From assembly GCA_007693385.1 (NCBI GenBank), contig REDR01000073.1:372-64371 (forward strand): 64,000 nucleotides of DNA, given 5' to 3'. This DNA comes from Anaerolineaceae bacterium (GTDB lineage: Bacteria > Chloroflexota > Anaerolineae > Aggregatilineales > Phototrophicaceae). The position numbers and the translations under genes are program-made. Every line of letters starts with the position of its first letter. Positions within the stretch are counted from its first letter, which is position 1. Below the pieces are notes generated by a model. It was not told the origin of the DNA and did not search any database. It saw only the letters and a list, made by a program, of their open reading frames with translations. Of the stretch, positions 26,530-34,351 are shown piece after piece.

Positions 26530-27624
26530 ATGACTAAAATGCGTTTTGTGTTCATGATGTTGTTGAGCTTCGCGCTGGTGTTGGCTTTGCCATTGGCCGC
26601 GCAGGACGATGACGAAGGCGCGATGTCTGCGCTGGTTAACGTTGGCGAGAGCGAAGACTTCGATGCGTTTCTGGTTGGCCCGGATGGGATGACGCTGTAT
26701 ATGTTCGTGCCGGATGACGCTAACTGCGTCGATCAATGTCTGGCGAATTGGCCGCCGTTGACCGTCGAGAGCGCCGACGATCTGACGCTGGCTGATGGCA
26801 TCCCGGGCACGCTGGGCATCTATGAGCGTGAAGACATGCTACAGGTCACTTACAACGATATGCCGCTTTACTACTTCGTCGCGGATGAAGAACCCGGCGA
26901 CATGATGGGTGAGGGCATCAATAACGTGTGGTACGTGGTCGAGCCGGTCATGATCTACGCCGCGCACGGTCATGAAGATTTCGGTAGTTTCCTTGTCGGG
27001 CCGGAAGGCATGACGCTGTATCTGTTCGTGCCGGACGATGCTAACTGCGTCGATCAATGTCTGGTCAATTGGCCGCCGTTGACCGTCGAGAGCGCCGACG
27101 ACATCACCATTAGCCAGCGCCTATCCGGTGAAACCGGCGTGTTCGAGCGCGAAGACGGCACGCTTCAGGTCACGTATGACGACATCCCGCTTTATTACTT
27201 CATCAACGATATGATGATCGGCGATGTGAACGGGCAGGGCGTTAATGACGTATGGTACATCATCAACACGATTGGCACGCGAGTCACTGAAGAGGCTGGT
27301 GAATATCTGGTCGGTCCGAATGGCTTTGCGCTGTATCTGTTCGTGCCGGATGATGCGAACTGTGTCGATCAATGTCTGGTCAACTGGCCGCCGCTGATGG
27401 TGCCGGTTGAGGGCGCGATCACGCTGTCCGCCGGACTCACCGGCGAAATCGGCTTCTTTGACCGTGACGGCGATCTGCAGGTGACTTACGAAGGTCTGCC
27501 GCTTTACTACTTCATCAATGACGCAAGTCCGGCGGAGATCAACGGGCAGGGCGTTAACGATGTGTGGTTCCTGATTACGCCGGACGGCGAAGCGGTTGAA
27601 CTTGAAGGCGAAGCGGCGGAATAA
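26530..27624 (+). CDS. secreted protein made of three tandem repeats of the Yx(F/W/Y)xxD lipoprotein-15-like module (COG4315-like)
   Basis: Signal peptide MLLSFALVLALPLAAQ. Each repeat carries LVGP(D/E/N)G..LY.FVPDDANCVDQCL.NWPPL and LQVTY...PLYYF..D. Confidence 0.8.
   Translation: MTKMRFVFMMLLSFALVLALPLAAQDDDEGAMSALVNVGESEDFDAFLVGPDGMTLYMFVPDDANCVDQCLANWPPLTVESADDLTLADGIPGTLGIYEREDMLQVTYNDMPLYYFVADEEPGDMMGEGINNVWYVVEPVMIYAAHGHEDFGSFLVGPEGMTLYLFVPDDANCVDQCLVNWPPLTVESADDITISQRLSGETGVFEREDGTLQVTYDDIPLYYFINDMMIGDVNGQGVNDVWYIINTIGTRVTEEAGEYLVGPNGFALYLFVPDDANCVDQCLVNWPPLMVPVEGAITLSAGLTGEIGFFDRDGDLQVTYEGLPLYYFINDASPAEINGQGVNDVWFLITPDGEAVELEGEAAE
26620..27590 (+). repeat. three tandem intragenic repeats, periods 321 and 315 nt
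   Basis: GCTAACTGCGTCGATCAATGTCTGG is identical at 26719-26743 and 27040-27064, with a close copy at 27355-27379. A further 35-nt identical run, AATTGGCCGCCGTTGACCGTCGAGAGCGCCGACGA, is shared by repeats 1 and 2. Confidence 0.9.
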
Positions 27625-27653
27625 GCCGGATCGCACCAACAGATAAGACAGAG

Positions 27654-27685
27654 ACGGAGCGCACCACATCGGGCGCTCCGTTTTG
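27654..27685 (+). terminator. rho-independent terminator
   Basis: ACGGAGCGC-10 nt-GCGCTCCGT followed by TTTTG, 30 nt after the repeat-protein stop. Confidence 0.8.
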
Positions 27686-27790
27686 ATTCGCCGCCTCATC
27701 ATTAACCGCGCCATGTGGACGCCATCCGCAACCTGTGGCAAACTTAAACGATCATGGCGGCGGGATTCTGGCTTGAAAGGGGCGGCGAGC

Positions 27791-28744
27791 ATGTGGGATT
27801 TGTTCTTTGTGGCGCTGGGGGCAGGCGCTATCGCTTTTGTGTTTTTTCTGGCCGATTTCGAGAATCGTGTGATTAAGCGGTTGGAACGTTTGCGCCCGCG
27901 TAACGCGGAAGTCGCCCACGTCGCGCAGATACGCATCTCGCATCCCGCCCAACCGACGCGGCGCTGGTCGCGGGCTATCCTGTATGTCAGCAATAAACAT
28001 ATCGTCATTCATCGGCGCACCGGCACGGAAACGCCGATCTTTTATTGTCTCGGCCACGAGATAGAAGGATTCTGGCGTCCACGCATTTACCAGCCCGGCA
28101 TCAACAGCATCGAGATTCACGCTAATGTCGCCGGACAATGGACGATCTTAAAAGTACGGCTGACGCGCTCGCGTATGATGGCGCTGGTGCGGGCGCTGAA
28201 GTATTTCGTCAATGACGACATCGAGCGCTCTTATCGCCAGCGCCGCCCGTACATCTACCGCCCACCCGCGCCCGCCCGCCTTGCCACACAGGACATATAC
28301 GGCATGTGGCATTACGAACGCGCATTCAACGTCTACTTGAACCCGGCCAGTCTGGTCTTTCTGGGGGAGGGCGACGCGGTGGAGCGTGTTATCAACTTGC
28401 GTCATCTGCAAAATATCCGCATTTTGCGGAGCGACGAATCCAACGTCGAGCGCGGGCTGGTGTGCTTCCGCGTGACGCCGCCGGACGATGACTCGCTTGC
28501 TGAGGATGTGGCGATTTCCGTTGATGATTATTCAGCGTGGGCGGAATCTATCGCGCTGGCCGCCCGCCGCACGCTGGAAGAACCGATCACGCGCAAGCGC
28601 AAAGGCAAGAAAGCGTCCGCGCCGGAAGCCGATGATCGACTATCCGACGAGGACTTTGACGCGCCCGAAGATGCCTTCGATATGGCGCTGTGGGAATCTC
28701 AGGCGTATGTGCTGGGCGACGACGGCGAATTACGCCCGCGCTAG
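27791..28744 (+). CDS. hypothetical protein, N-terminal TM helix and acidic/Lys-rich tail
   Basis: ATG 27791 follows AAAGGGG. The track start (27683) would overlap the upstream terminator. Coding-like composition, no recognisable motif. Confidence 0.55.
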   Translation: MWDLFFVALGAGAIAFVFFLADFENRVIKRLERLRPRNAEVAHVAQIRISHPAQPTRRWSRAILYVSNKHIVIHRRTGTETPIFYCLGHEIEGFWRPRIYQPGINSIEIHANVAGQWTILKVRLTRSRMMALVRALKYFVNDDIERSYRQRRPYIYRPPAPARLATQDIYGMWHYERAFNVYLNPASLVFLGEGDAVERVINLRHLQNIRILRSDESNVERGLVCFRVTPPDDDSLAEDVAISVDDYSAWAESIALAARRTLEEPITRKRKGKKASAPEADDRLSDEDFDAPEDAFDMALWESQAYVLGDDGELRPR

Positions 28745-28762
28745 TTCTGACGCTGTATCGCC

Positions 28763-30451
28763 TCAAAAGACGATCCATGCGAAATCATACGGCGCGAGTG
28801 CTACCGTCGCGCCGGTTGGCTCGTCGCGGAGGATGTCCCGCCCGCCGGACGTGATCGCGCTGATGTCGGCGGTTTGCGTCTCGCCACTGACGTTGAACAG
28901 CGCCAGCAATTGCTGGTCGGGCGCGGTGCGTAAGATCGCCAGTAGCGCGTCGTTGCCGGTGTCGATAGCCTTCTGCGCCGCGTTCGGATGGAACGCGCTC
29001 AGGCTCCGGCGCTCCGCCAGCAGATCGACATAGCGCCGGAAGACTTGCGCCCGGAAGCTATCGCCATCATTCAGCGCCGCGTCAATGCTAGCCAGTTCTA
29101 GCTTGGCGCGGTTGATGGTGCGGTTGTGGCCGCTCGCTTCCATGCCTTCGATGTCGTTGTGTGAACCGAGCAGGCTATGCACGTATACCGCCGGTACACC
29201 GGCCAACGACATCGCAATCGCCTGTGATGTGATGAAGCGCTGAACCTGCAATGCCTCTGGTTCGGCGGGATCGGTCACGGCGTCCACGTAGGTACAGTTC
29301 AACTCATACGGGCTTTGACTGCCGTCTGGATTGCGCTTGTAGGAGACGCGCCCGCCGCGTGCTTCGACATGGGCGACCATCGCGCTTAATTCGTCCGCGC
29401 TGAGGATGCCCTCCACCGGACGCACGCCGATTCCATCATGCGACGCGGTGAAGTTGAAGAACGTGGTGCGGGCTGATGGCGTCTCTAGCTGGTTGATCCA
29501 CTCGCGCAATTTGCCGGTGTTGCCGGTCAGCATGGTGTGGAACAGGAGCGGCGGCAGGGTGAAGTTATACACCATCTGCGCTTCGTCGGTGCCATCGCCG
29601 AAGTACGATATATTCTCCGCGTGCGGGACATTCGTCTCGGTGATGAGGATGACTTGCGGCGCGATGGCGTTCAGCACCGCCCGCATCAGGCGCACGGCGG
29701 CGTGTGTTTGTGGCCGGTGGATGCTGTTGGTGCCCGGCTCTTTCCACAAGAAGCAGATCGCATCCAGCCGCACCACGTCCGCGCCTTTCGTCGCGTAGAA
29801 CAGCAGAATGTCGATGAGGCGTAGCAATGTAGATGGCTCGCTGATGTCAAAATCGACCTGATCGGGGCTGAATGTCGTCCAGACGTGGAGCGTCTCGCCA
29901 TCAGGCCGCGTGAATGGCGTCAGCAAGGGTAGGGCGCGGGGGCGGGTGACTTCGCTCAAGTCCATGTCGGGCGATGCGGTGTAGAATAATTTCGCATAGT
30001 CGGGTTCTCCAGCTAGAAAGCGCCGGAACCAATCGCTCTGCGCCGACATATGATTGAACACGCCGTCGAACATCAGCGCGAACGACTGCGCGATGCGCTC
30101 GATGTCGTCCCAATCGCCCAGCGCCGGATTCACCGCGTAGAAATCTTTGACCGAGAAGCCATCGTCCGACGAATACGGATAAAACGGCAAGATGTGGATG
30201 GTGGAGACGACGCCCGCCAATCGCTCCACCGCGAAGCGATTCAGCGTTTCTAACGGCTTCTCGTCTGCCGCGTAGAACGTATCGCCGTATGTGATTAAGA
30301 CCACATCGCGCTGTGAAAACGGCTCGTCAACCGATTCCGCGTCGATGCGCTCGCGGTAGTCCGCGATCAGCGCTTGCAAGCGCGTCAGCGTCTCGTCGGC
30401 CACCTGCGGCGGATAAATCTGTTTCAGATAGTCGTATATTTTATTTGCCAT
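28763..30451 (-). CDS. GH13_18 sugar phosphorylase (sucrose phosphorylase-like; YcjM/glucosylglycerate phosphorylase-type)
   Basis: FDGVFNHMS, RLDAICFLWKEPGT (nucleophile Asp), LITETNVPHAEN (acid/base Glu) and FTASHDGIG. 11-nt overlap with the upstream gene. Confidence 0.85.
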   Translation of the reverse strand: MANKIYDYLKQIYPPQVADETLTRLQALIADYRERIDAESVDEPFSQRDVVLITYGDTFYAADEKPLETLNRFAVERLAGVVSTIHILPFYPYSSDDGFSVKDFYAVNPALGDWDDIERIAQSFALMFDGVFNHMSAQSDWFRRFLAGEPDYAKLFYTASPDMDLSEVTRPRALPLLTPFTRPDGETLHVWTTFSPDQVDFDISEPSTLLRLIDILLFYATKGADVVRLDAICFLWKEPGTNSIHRPQTHAAVRLMRAVLNAIAPQVILITETNVPHAENISYFGDGTDEAQMVYNFTLPPLLFHTMLTGNTGKLREWINQLETPSARTTFFNFTASHDGIGVRPVEGILSADELSAMVAHVEARGGRVSYKRNPDGSQSPYELNCTYVDAVTDPAEPEALQVQRFITSQAIAMSLAGVPAVYVHSLLGSHNDIEGMEASGHNRTINRAKLELASIDAALNDGDSFRAQVFRRYVDLLAERRSLSAFHPNAAQKAIDTGNDALLAILRTAPDQQLLALFNVSGETQTADISAITSGGRDILRDEPTGATVALAPYDFAWIVF

Positions 30452-33400
30452 ACATGCGCTCCATCACCTTTTGCATCGTTTGACGTAAGACATCGAATGA
30501 AAAATGTTTCAAGCCGACTTGATAGTTATGCTCGGCCATCTCGTCGCGCAGGTTGGCATCGTCGATGATAGCGCGGACTTGATCCAGCACATCGGCGGTG
30601 ATGTCGTGCGTGAACTCGACGGCGCGGACGCCAGCCGGCTTGATGTCGGATAGATAGGGCGGGTAAGTGTGGACGAATAGCGGCTTGCGGAAGTACAGCG
30701 TCTCGATCAACGCATTGCCGAAGCCTTCGTACACGCTGGGGTAGGTGACGAAATGCGCGTGCGGGTAGATGTCCCACAGCGTAAAGATGCGTTTACCGTC
30801 TTTTTCGCCGCGCAACGCGCCCACGCGATCCCCGATGAACATATAGCGGATGCCGCTACGCTCGGCCTCTTCGCGCAACCATTCACCATAGCCGCCCGGC
30901 TCGTCGCCGTCATAGCCGGTGACGACCAGCACCAGACGATCATCATTCAGGCGGCGCACCAGTTCAAACGCCTTTTCGATGGCCTTGCGGCGGATGATGC
31001 GCGTTGGTTGTAGCACGATCAGGTCATCGTCGCTGAGTCCCATCTCGCGGCGGAAGCTCAGCGCGTAGTCATCCGGCGGTGGCGGCGGGTTGGCGAAGTC
31101 GAACACGTTGGGCAGATATGTTGATTCGATGCCCCTGAACTGGTACAGACGCCGCTTCATCGGCGTGTTGATGGTTAGGTGATGGATCGGCGCGAGGTTG
31201 GGCGGGAACGCCTGCCGCAAGATGTCCTCAATGCCGTTGTTGATGAACCGTTCGCGCTCCCAGTAGAAGTCGTGATGATGGCATAGCGTCTTGATGCGCG
31301 TGCGCCGCACCAGATCGGCGATGGCGATCCCTAGCGGAATATTCATTGGGATGGTGCTGGCGTTCTGCGGGATCAGCATGTCGATGCCGAATTCTTCGAC
31401 GAACGCTTCTAGCTCTACGCGGATGGTATCGGCCAGCGTGTAGATGCGGCGGAACGTTTTGGGGTGTGGCGTCGGGTTGCGGAATACTTCGTCATGTATC
31501 TGGCGGGCGACGGGATCATAGAAGTGCATGGACGGCACCTGCCAGCCCGCTCTGCCGTCGTCGTCTAGCTGACCGGCGATGTAGAAACATTCGTGCCCGG
31601 CTTCTTCGAGTACCTGTACGATCTTTGCGGCTTCCAGACTGACGCCATCGACGCCAGCCAGCCGTGTTGCGACGAAACCGATTTTCATGGGTGGGATTCT
31701 CCTTTGTTGTGTATTGACTGGGCGGCGGGCAAAGTCACGTTCGGCGTAAATCCACGCCAGCATCGCGTTCGGCCACGCGAACCAGTTGCGCGAGACGACG
31801 CGCCGCGAATCTTGCGCGTATGCTTCGGATAATGCGCCGTCCCATTGCGCGGTCTGGGCGATGCGCTTATGGATGGTTTTTTCCGCCGATTTATCGCCGC
31901 GTGTGCGGGCGATGATGAGTTCCTGCGTATCACCTAACGGCCACGGGGCACGGGTGTGTACCGATCCGAGCTGACCGCCGTAATGCCCGCCGACATTGCC
32001 CTTCGAGAAAGCGAACGCGATGGTCTGCCGCCATACCGGATCATGCGTCGTCGTGAAGCCCCAATGCGGCATCATCACCAACGGCACATCGTTAGCATCG
32101 TGATAAAAATGATACTGGCTCTCGCCGTCGGTGGCGTAAGCGTAGATCATGTGGCCGTCGTGTTGCGCGATGAAATGCCGCTGGATGCTGGCTTTCAACA
32201 TGTCGATAGCCGGATCAAGCGCCGCGTCATCGACCGCACGCCGCCACTGCTTCAGCGCCTGCCACAGCAAGACATGGCTGGAAAAGTGATATTTCAACGC
32301 GATGGGGTCATCGGCGGGCGTCTCGTCAGTGGGCAACAGCCAGCTATCGCCCGTCCGGTACGCGAGCAGGGCGGCCAGCGCTTTGTCGGCGGTGCCGCGC
32401 AGACGCGCCAACGTCGCTTGATCGCCGGTGTGCAGGACATAATCGGCCAATTCCAGAATCGGGAATATCTGTTGATCGAGTTGAAAGGCGGCGTCTTTGA
32501 TCGCGCCATTCGCCATATAGGAGCGCCCCCACGCGCCGGATTCGGTGCGCCGCGCCCGCTCGAATAACCAGATCAGATGCGCCCGCACCACGCGCTCGCC
32601 GGTCACCGGCAGGCCGTCCAGCAATGCCCGCGCCACATAATACGAGTCGCGGTTCCACGATAGCGGCAACAGCATGTGATCGGTGATGATGCACGTCGCT
32701 TCGTCGTCGATGGGCAGGGCGCACAGCAGACCATACGCCCAACCGCGCCGGATGGGGCGCTCGATAGCGCGGGGCACCGGCGAGCTATAGCGCCAGATGT
32801 CGCGCCAATAGTCCAGCGTGCCGATCAGTAGGGCGGCGGCATCGGCAGAGCGCAGAGTTACGTAATCGCTCGCCGCCTGTGCGCCTTCACCGTGCAGGGC
32901 GAATGGCAACACCAGCACGGCGTCCGCGTCGAACTGCGGCGTCCCGTCCAACCACACACTGCCATCGCCATCACCGGCGCGACCATCCATCGCCGGAATG
33001 ACGGCCATTGCGCCCAGCGCATCGTTATAGATCGCCGTCGCGGGGTGGTCGGCGTCCGGCGCGTCAATGCGGCGGTGCGCGGTGTCCGTCGCGGGCATCG
33101 GCACCGGGCCGCCTTCGGTCAGTTGCGTATAGGCGGCGCGTTGTAACCATAGCTGACCTTCGATGCGGCCTAAATCACCGCTTTCCGCGAACGCCCATAT
33201 CTGTATCGCGCCGTGCGGGGCGTCACGCGGGACGAACGTCACCGCCTCCGCGACGATGCCATTCGCCAGAGTCAGCCGCATATACGGGATGGCGTCCTCC
33301 ACCAGCCACGCCGCCCGATGCACAATCGGACTGTCGAAGCGCAGGCCGAAGCCGTCTAGCTCGGTCAGCCCGCGCCGATAGCGGCGCACCGCGTCGGCGC

Positions 33401-33611
33401 TGTAGCGCTGGTGTTCAGCGAAGGGTGGGGCGCTGGTCAGTGTGATGTAGCCGGTGCGTTCGTCGTATGTGTTCACGGCGATGATGCGCCCGTCCTGATT
33501 GATACTGCCATTGACGCGCCCCATGCCGAAATCAAGCGGCTTATAACCGTTGGTCGGGTTCAGGGGGCGCAGACGATACCGCTTGAGCATAGCACGCATA
33601 GCGGGTAGCAT
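30441..33611 (-). CDS. fusion protein: GH125/DUF1237-like (alpha/alpha)6 glycoside hydrolase domain plus C-terminal GT4 (GT-B) glycosyltransferase
   Basis: One uninterrupted frame. N-terminal part has LSWNRDSYYVA, FQLDQQIFPILELADYVLHTGD, HDANDVPLVMMPHWGF and GSVHTRAPWPLG, which resemble GH125 blocks. The last 415 aa (from MKIGFVATRLAGVDG) is GT-B with YEGFGNALIE. The start was set at ATG 33611, which follows AAGGAG; the track start is 33683. Confidence 0.75.
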   Translation of the reverse strand: MLPAMRAMLKRYRLRPLNPTNGYKPLDFGMGRVNGSINQDGRIIAVNTYDERTGYITLTSAPPFAEHQRYSADAVRRYRRGLTELDGFGLRFDSPIVHRAAWLVEDAIPYMRLTLANGIVAEAVTFVPRDAPHGAIQIWAFAESGDLGRIEGQLWLQRAAYTQLTEGGPVPMPATDTAHRRIDAPDADHPATAIYNDALGAMAVIPAMDGRAGDGDGSVWLDGTPQFDADAVLVLPFALHGEGAQAASDYVTLRSADAAALLIGTLDYWRDIWRYSSPVPRAIERPIRRGWAYGLLCALPIDDEATCIITDHMLLPLSWNRDSYYVARALLDGLPVTGERVVRAHLIWLFERARRTESGAWGRSYMANGAIKDAAFQLDQQIFPILELADYVLHTGDQATLARLRGTADKALAALLAYRTGDSWLLPTDETPADDPIALKYHFSSHVLLWQALKQWRRAVDDAALDPAIDMLKASIQRHFIAQHDGHMIYAYATDGESQYHFYHDANDVPLVMMPHWGFTTTHDPVWRQTIAFAFSKGNVGGHYGGQLGSVHTRAPWPLGDTQELIIARTRGDKSAEKTIHKRIAQTAQWDGALSEAYAQDSRRVVSRNWFAWPNAMLAWIYAERDFARRPVNTQQRRIPPMKIGFVATRLAGVDGVSLEAAKIVQVLEEAGHECFYIAGQLDDDGRAGWQVPSMHFYDPVARQIHDEVFRNPTPHPKTFRRIYTLADTIRVELEAFVEEFGIDMLIPQNASTIPMNIPLGIAIADLVRRTRIKTLCHHHDFYWERERFINNGIEDILRQAFPPNLAPIHHLTINTPMKRRLYQFRGIESTYLPNVFDFANPPPPPDDYALSFRREMGLSDDDLIVLQPTRIIRRKAIEKAFELVRRLNDDRLVLVVTGYDGDEPGGYGEWLREEAERSGIRYMFIGDRVGALRGEKDGKRIFTLWDIYPHAHFVTYPSVYEGFGNALIETLYFRKPLFVHTYPPYLSDIKPAGVRAVEFTHDITADVLDQVRAIIDDANLRDEMAEHNYQVGLKHFSFDVLRQTMQKVMERMYGK

Positions 33612-33891
33612 TTTATCGCTCCTTGTGCGGATGATGGGCTGAAAATAAGGGGGGATAGCGGGTGATTCTGCCGTAAAGTACAAATAGCCGTCGGGCTTTT
33701 GGGCGACCAGTTGGGCGTTCGCCGTTGCCAGAATCGGCGTTCTCAGGCTCTGGGGGTGGGTTGGGTTTGTGTGTTGTGTCCATCGCTTTTAATACGCGAT
33801 AGTATAGCCCAAAACGTTTCGGAGGTCAAAGGCGAAGTCTTGCAACTAAGCGGCGAGCTATTTCTGAAATGATATTATTCAAAAGCTGTAA

Positions 33892-33920
33892 TTGACAGTC
33901 TGTTAAGTTAATTTTATAAT
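33892..33920 (+). promoter_or_regulatory. perfect consensus sigma70 promoter TTGACA-17 nt-TATAAT
   Basis: TTGACA at 33892-33897, a 17-nt spacer, TATAAT at 33915-33920. About 55 nt upstream of the small membrane-protein ATG. Confidence 0.6.
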
Positions 33921-33974
33921 TAACCGTGTTTTTTGGAGGAGCTTTATTTATTAACAGGATATATAGGGGGAGAT

Positions 33975-34244
33975 ATGACAATGCACAACGATGATATGCG
34001 TAAAGCTATAGCACAGAACAAAAGCTATGTATCTTCAGCAGTAATTACTTTTGTTGCTTATATTTTTTTCTGGTTACCGGGTTTGATCTTCAATATCATG
34101 TATTTACAGGACGCTCAAAAGAATGCCGAGATAGCTGGTGAATCGCTACCTGGTACAGGTTGTCTTTGGATATTGTTGATTGCAAATGTGGTTCCAGCTT
34201 TGCTTTTCTGCAGTCTCGTAACAGGAGTAAGTATACTAGGCTAG
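33975..34244 (+). CDS. small hypothetical membrane protein (2 TM), low-GC
   Basis: Sits downstream of a consensus promoter. GGGGGAG precedes ATG 33975/33981. Two hydrophobic helices (SSAVITFVAYIFFWLPGLIFNIMYL; CLWILLIANVVPALLFCSLVTGVSIL). No family recognised. Confidence 0.55.
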   Translation: MTMHNDDMRKAIAQNKSYVSSAVITFVAYIFFWLPGLIFNIMYLQDAQKNAEIAGESLPGTGCLWILLIANVVPALLFCSLVTGVSILG

Positions 34245-34287
34245 ACAATTGGGAACTGTAAATTAGAATGATCAATTTGCACGTCAC

Positions 34288-34332
34288 CACGTTACATCCC
34301 TCTGCTGATTATCAGCAGAGGGATGTAACGTG
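34288..34332. terminator. 45-nt perfect palindrome (22+1+22) between convergent genes; terminator or protein-binding site
   Basis: CACGTTACATCCCTCTGCTGAT-T-ATCAGCAGAGGGATGTAACGTG. No flanking T tract. Confidence 0.5.
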
Positions 34333-34351
34333 ATCGATGGTCGTGTCTTAC

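Noticed and set aside
31686-31688. Splitting the 1080-codon ORF into two separate genes at the internal ATG
   Set aside because: No in-frame stop separates the two domains in the given sequence, so upstream translation must read through. The internal RBS is reported as a relict or possible second start, with sequencing error noted as an alternative.
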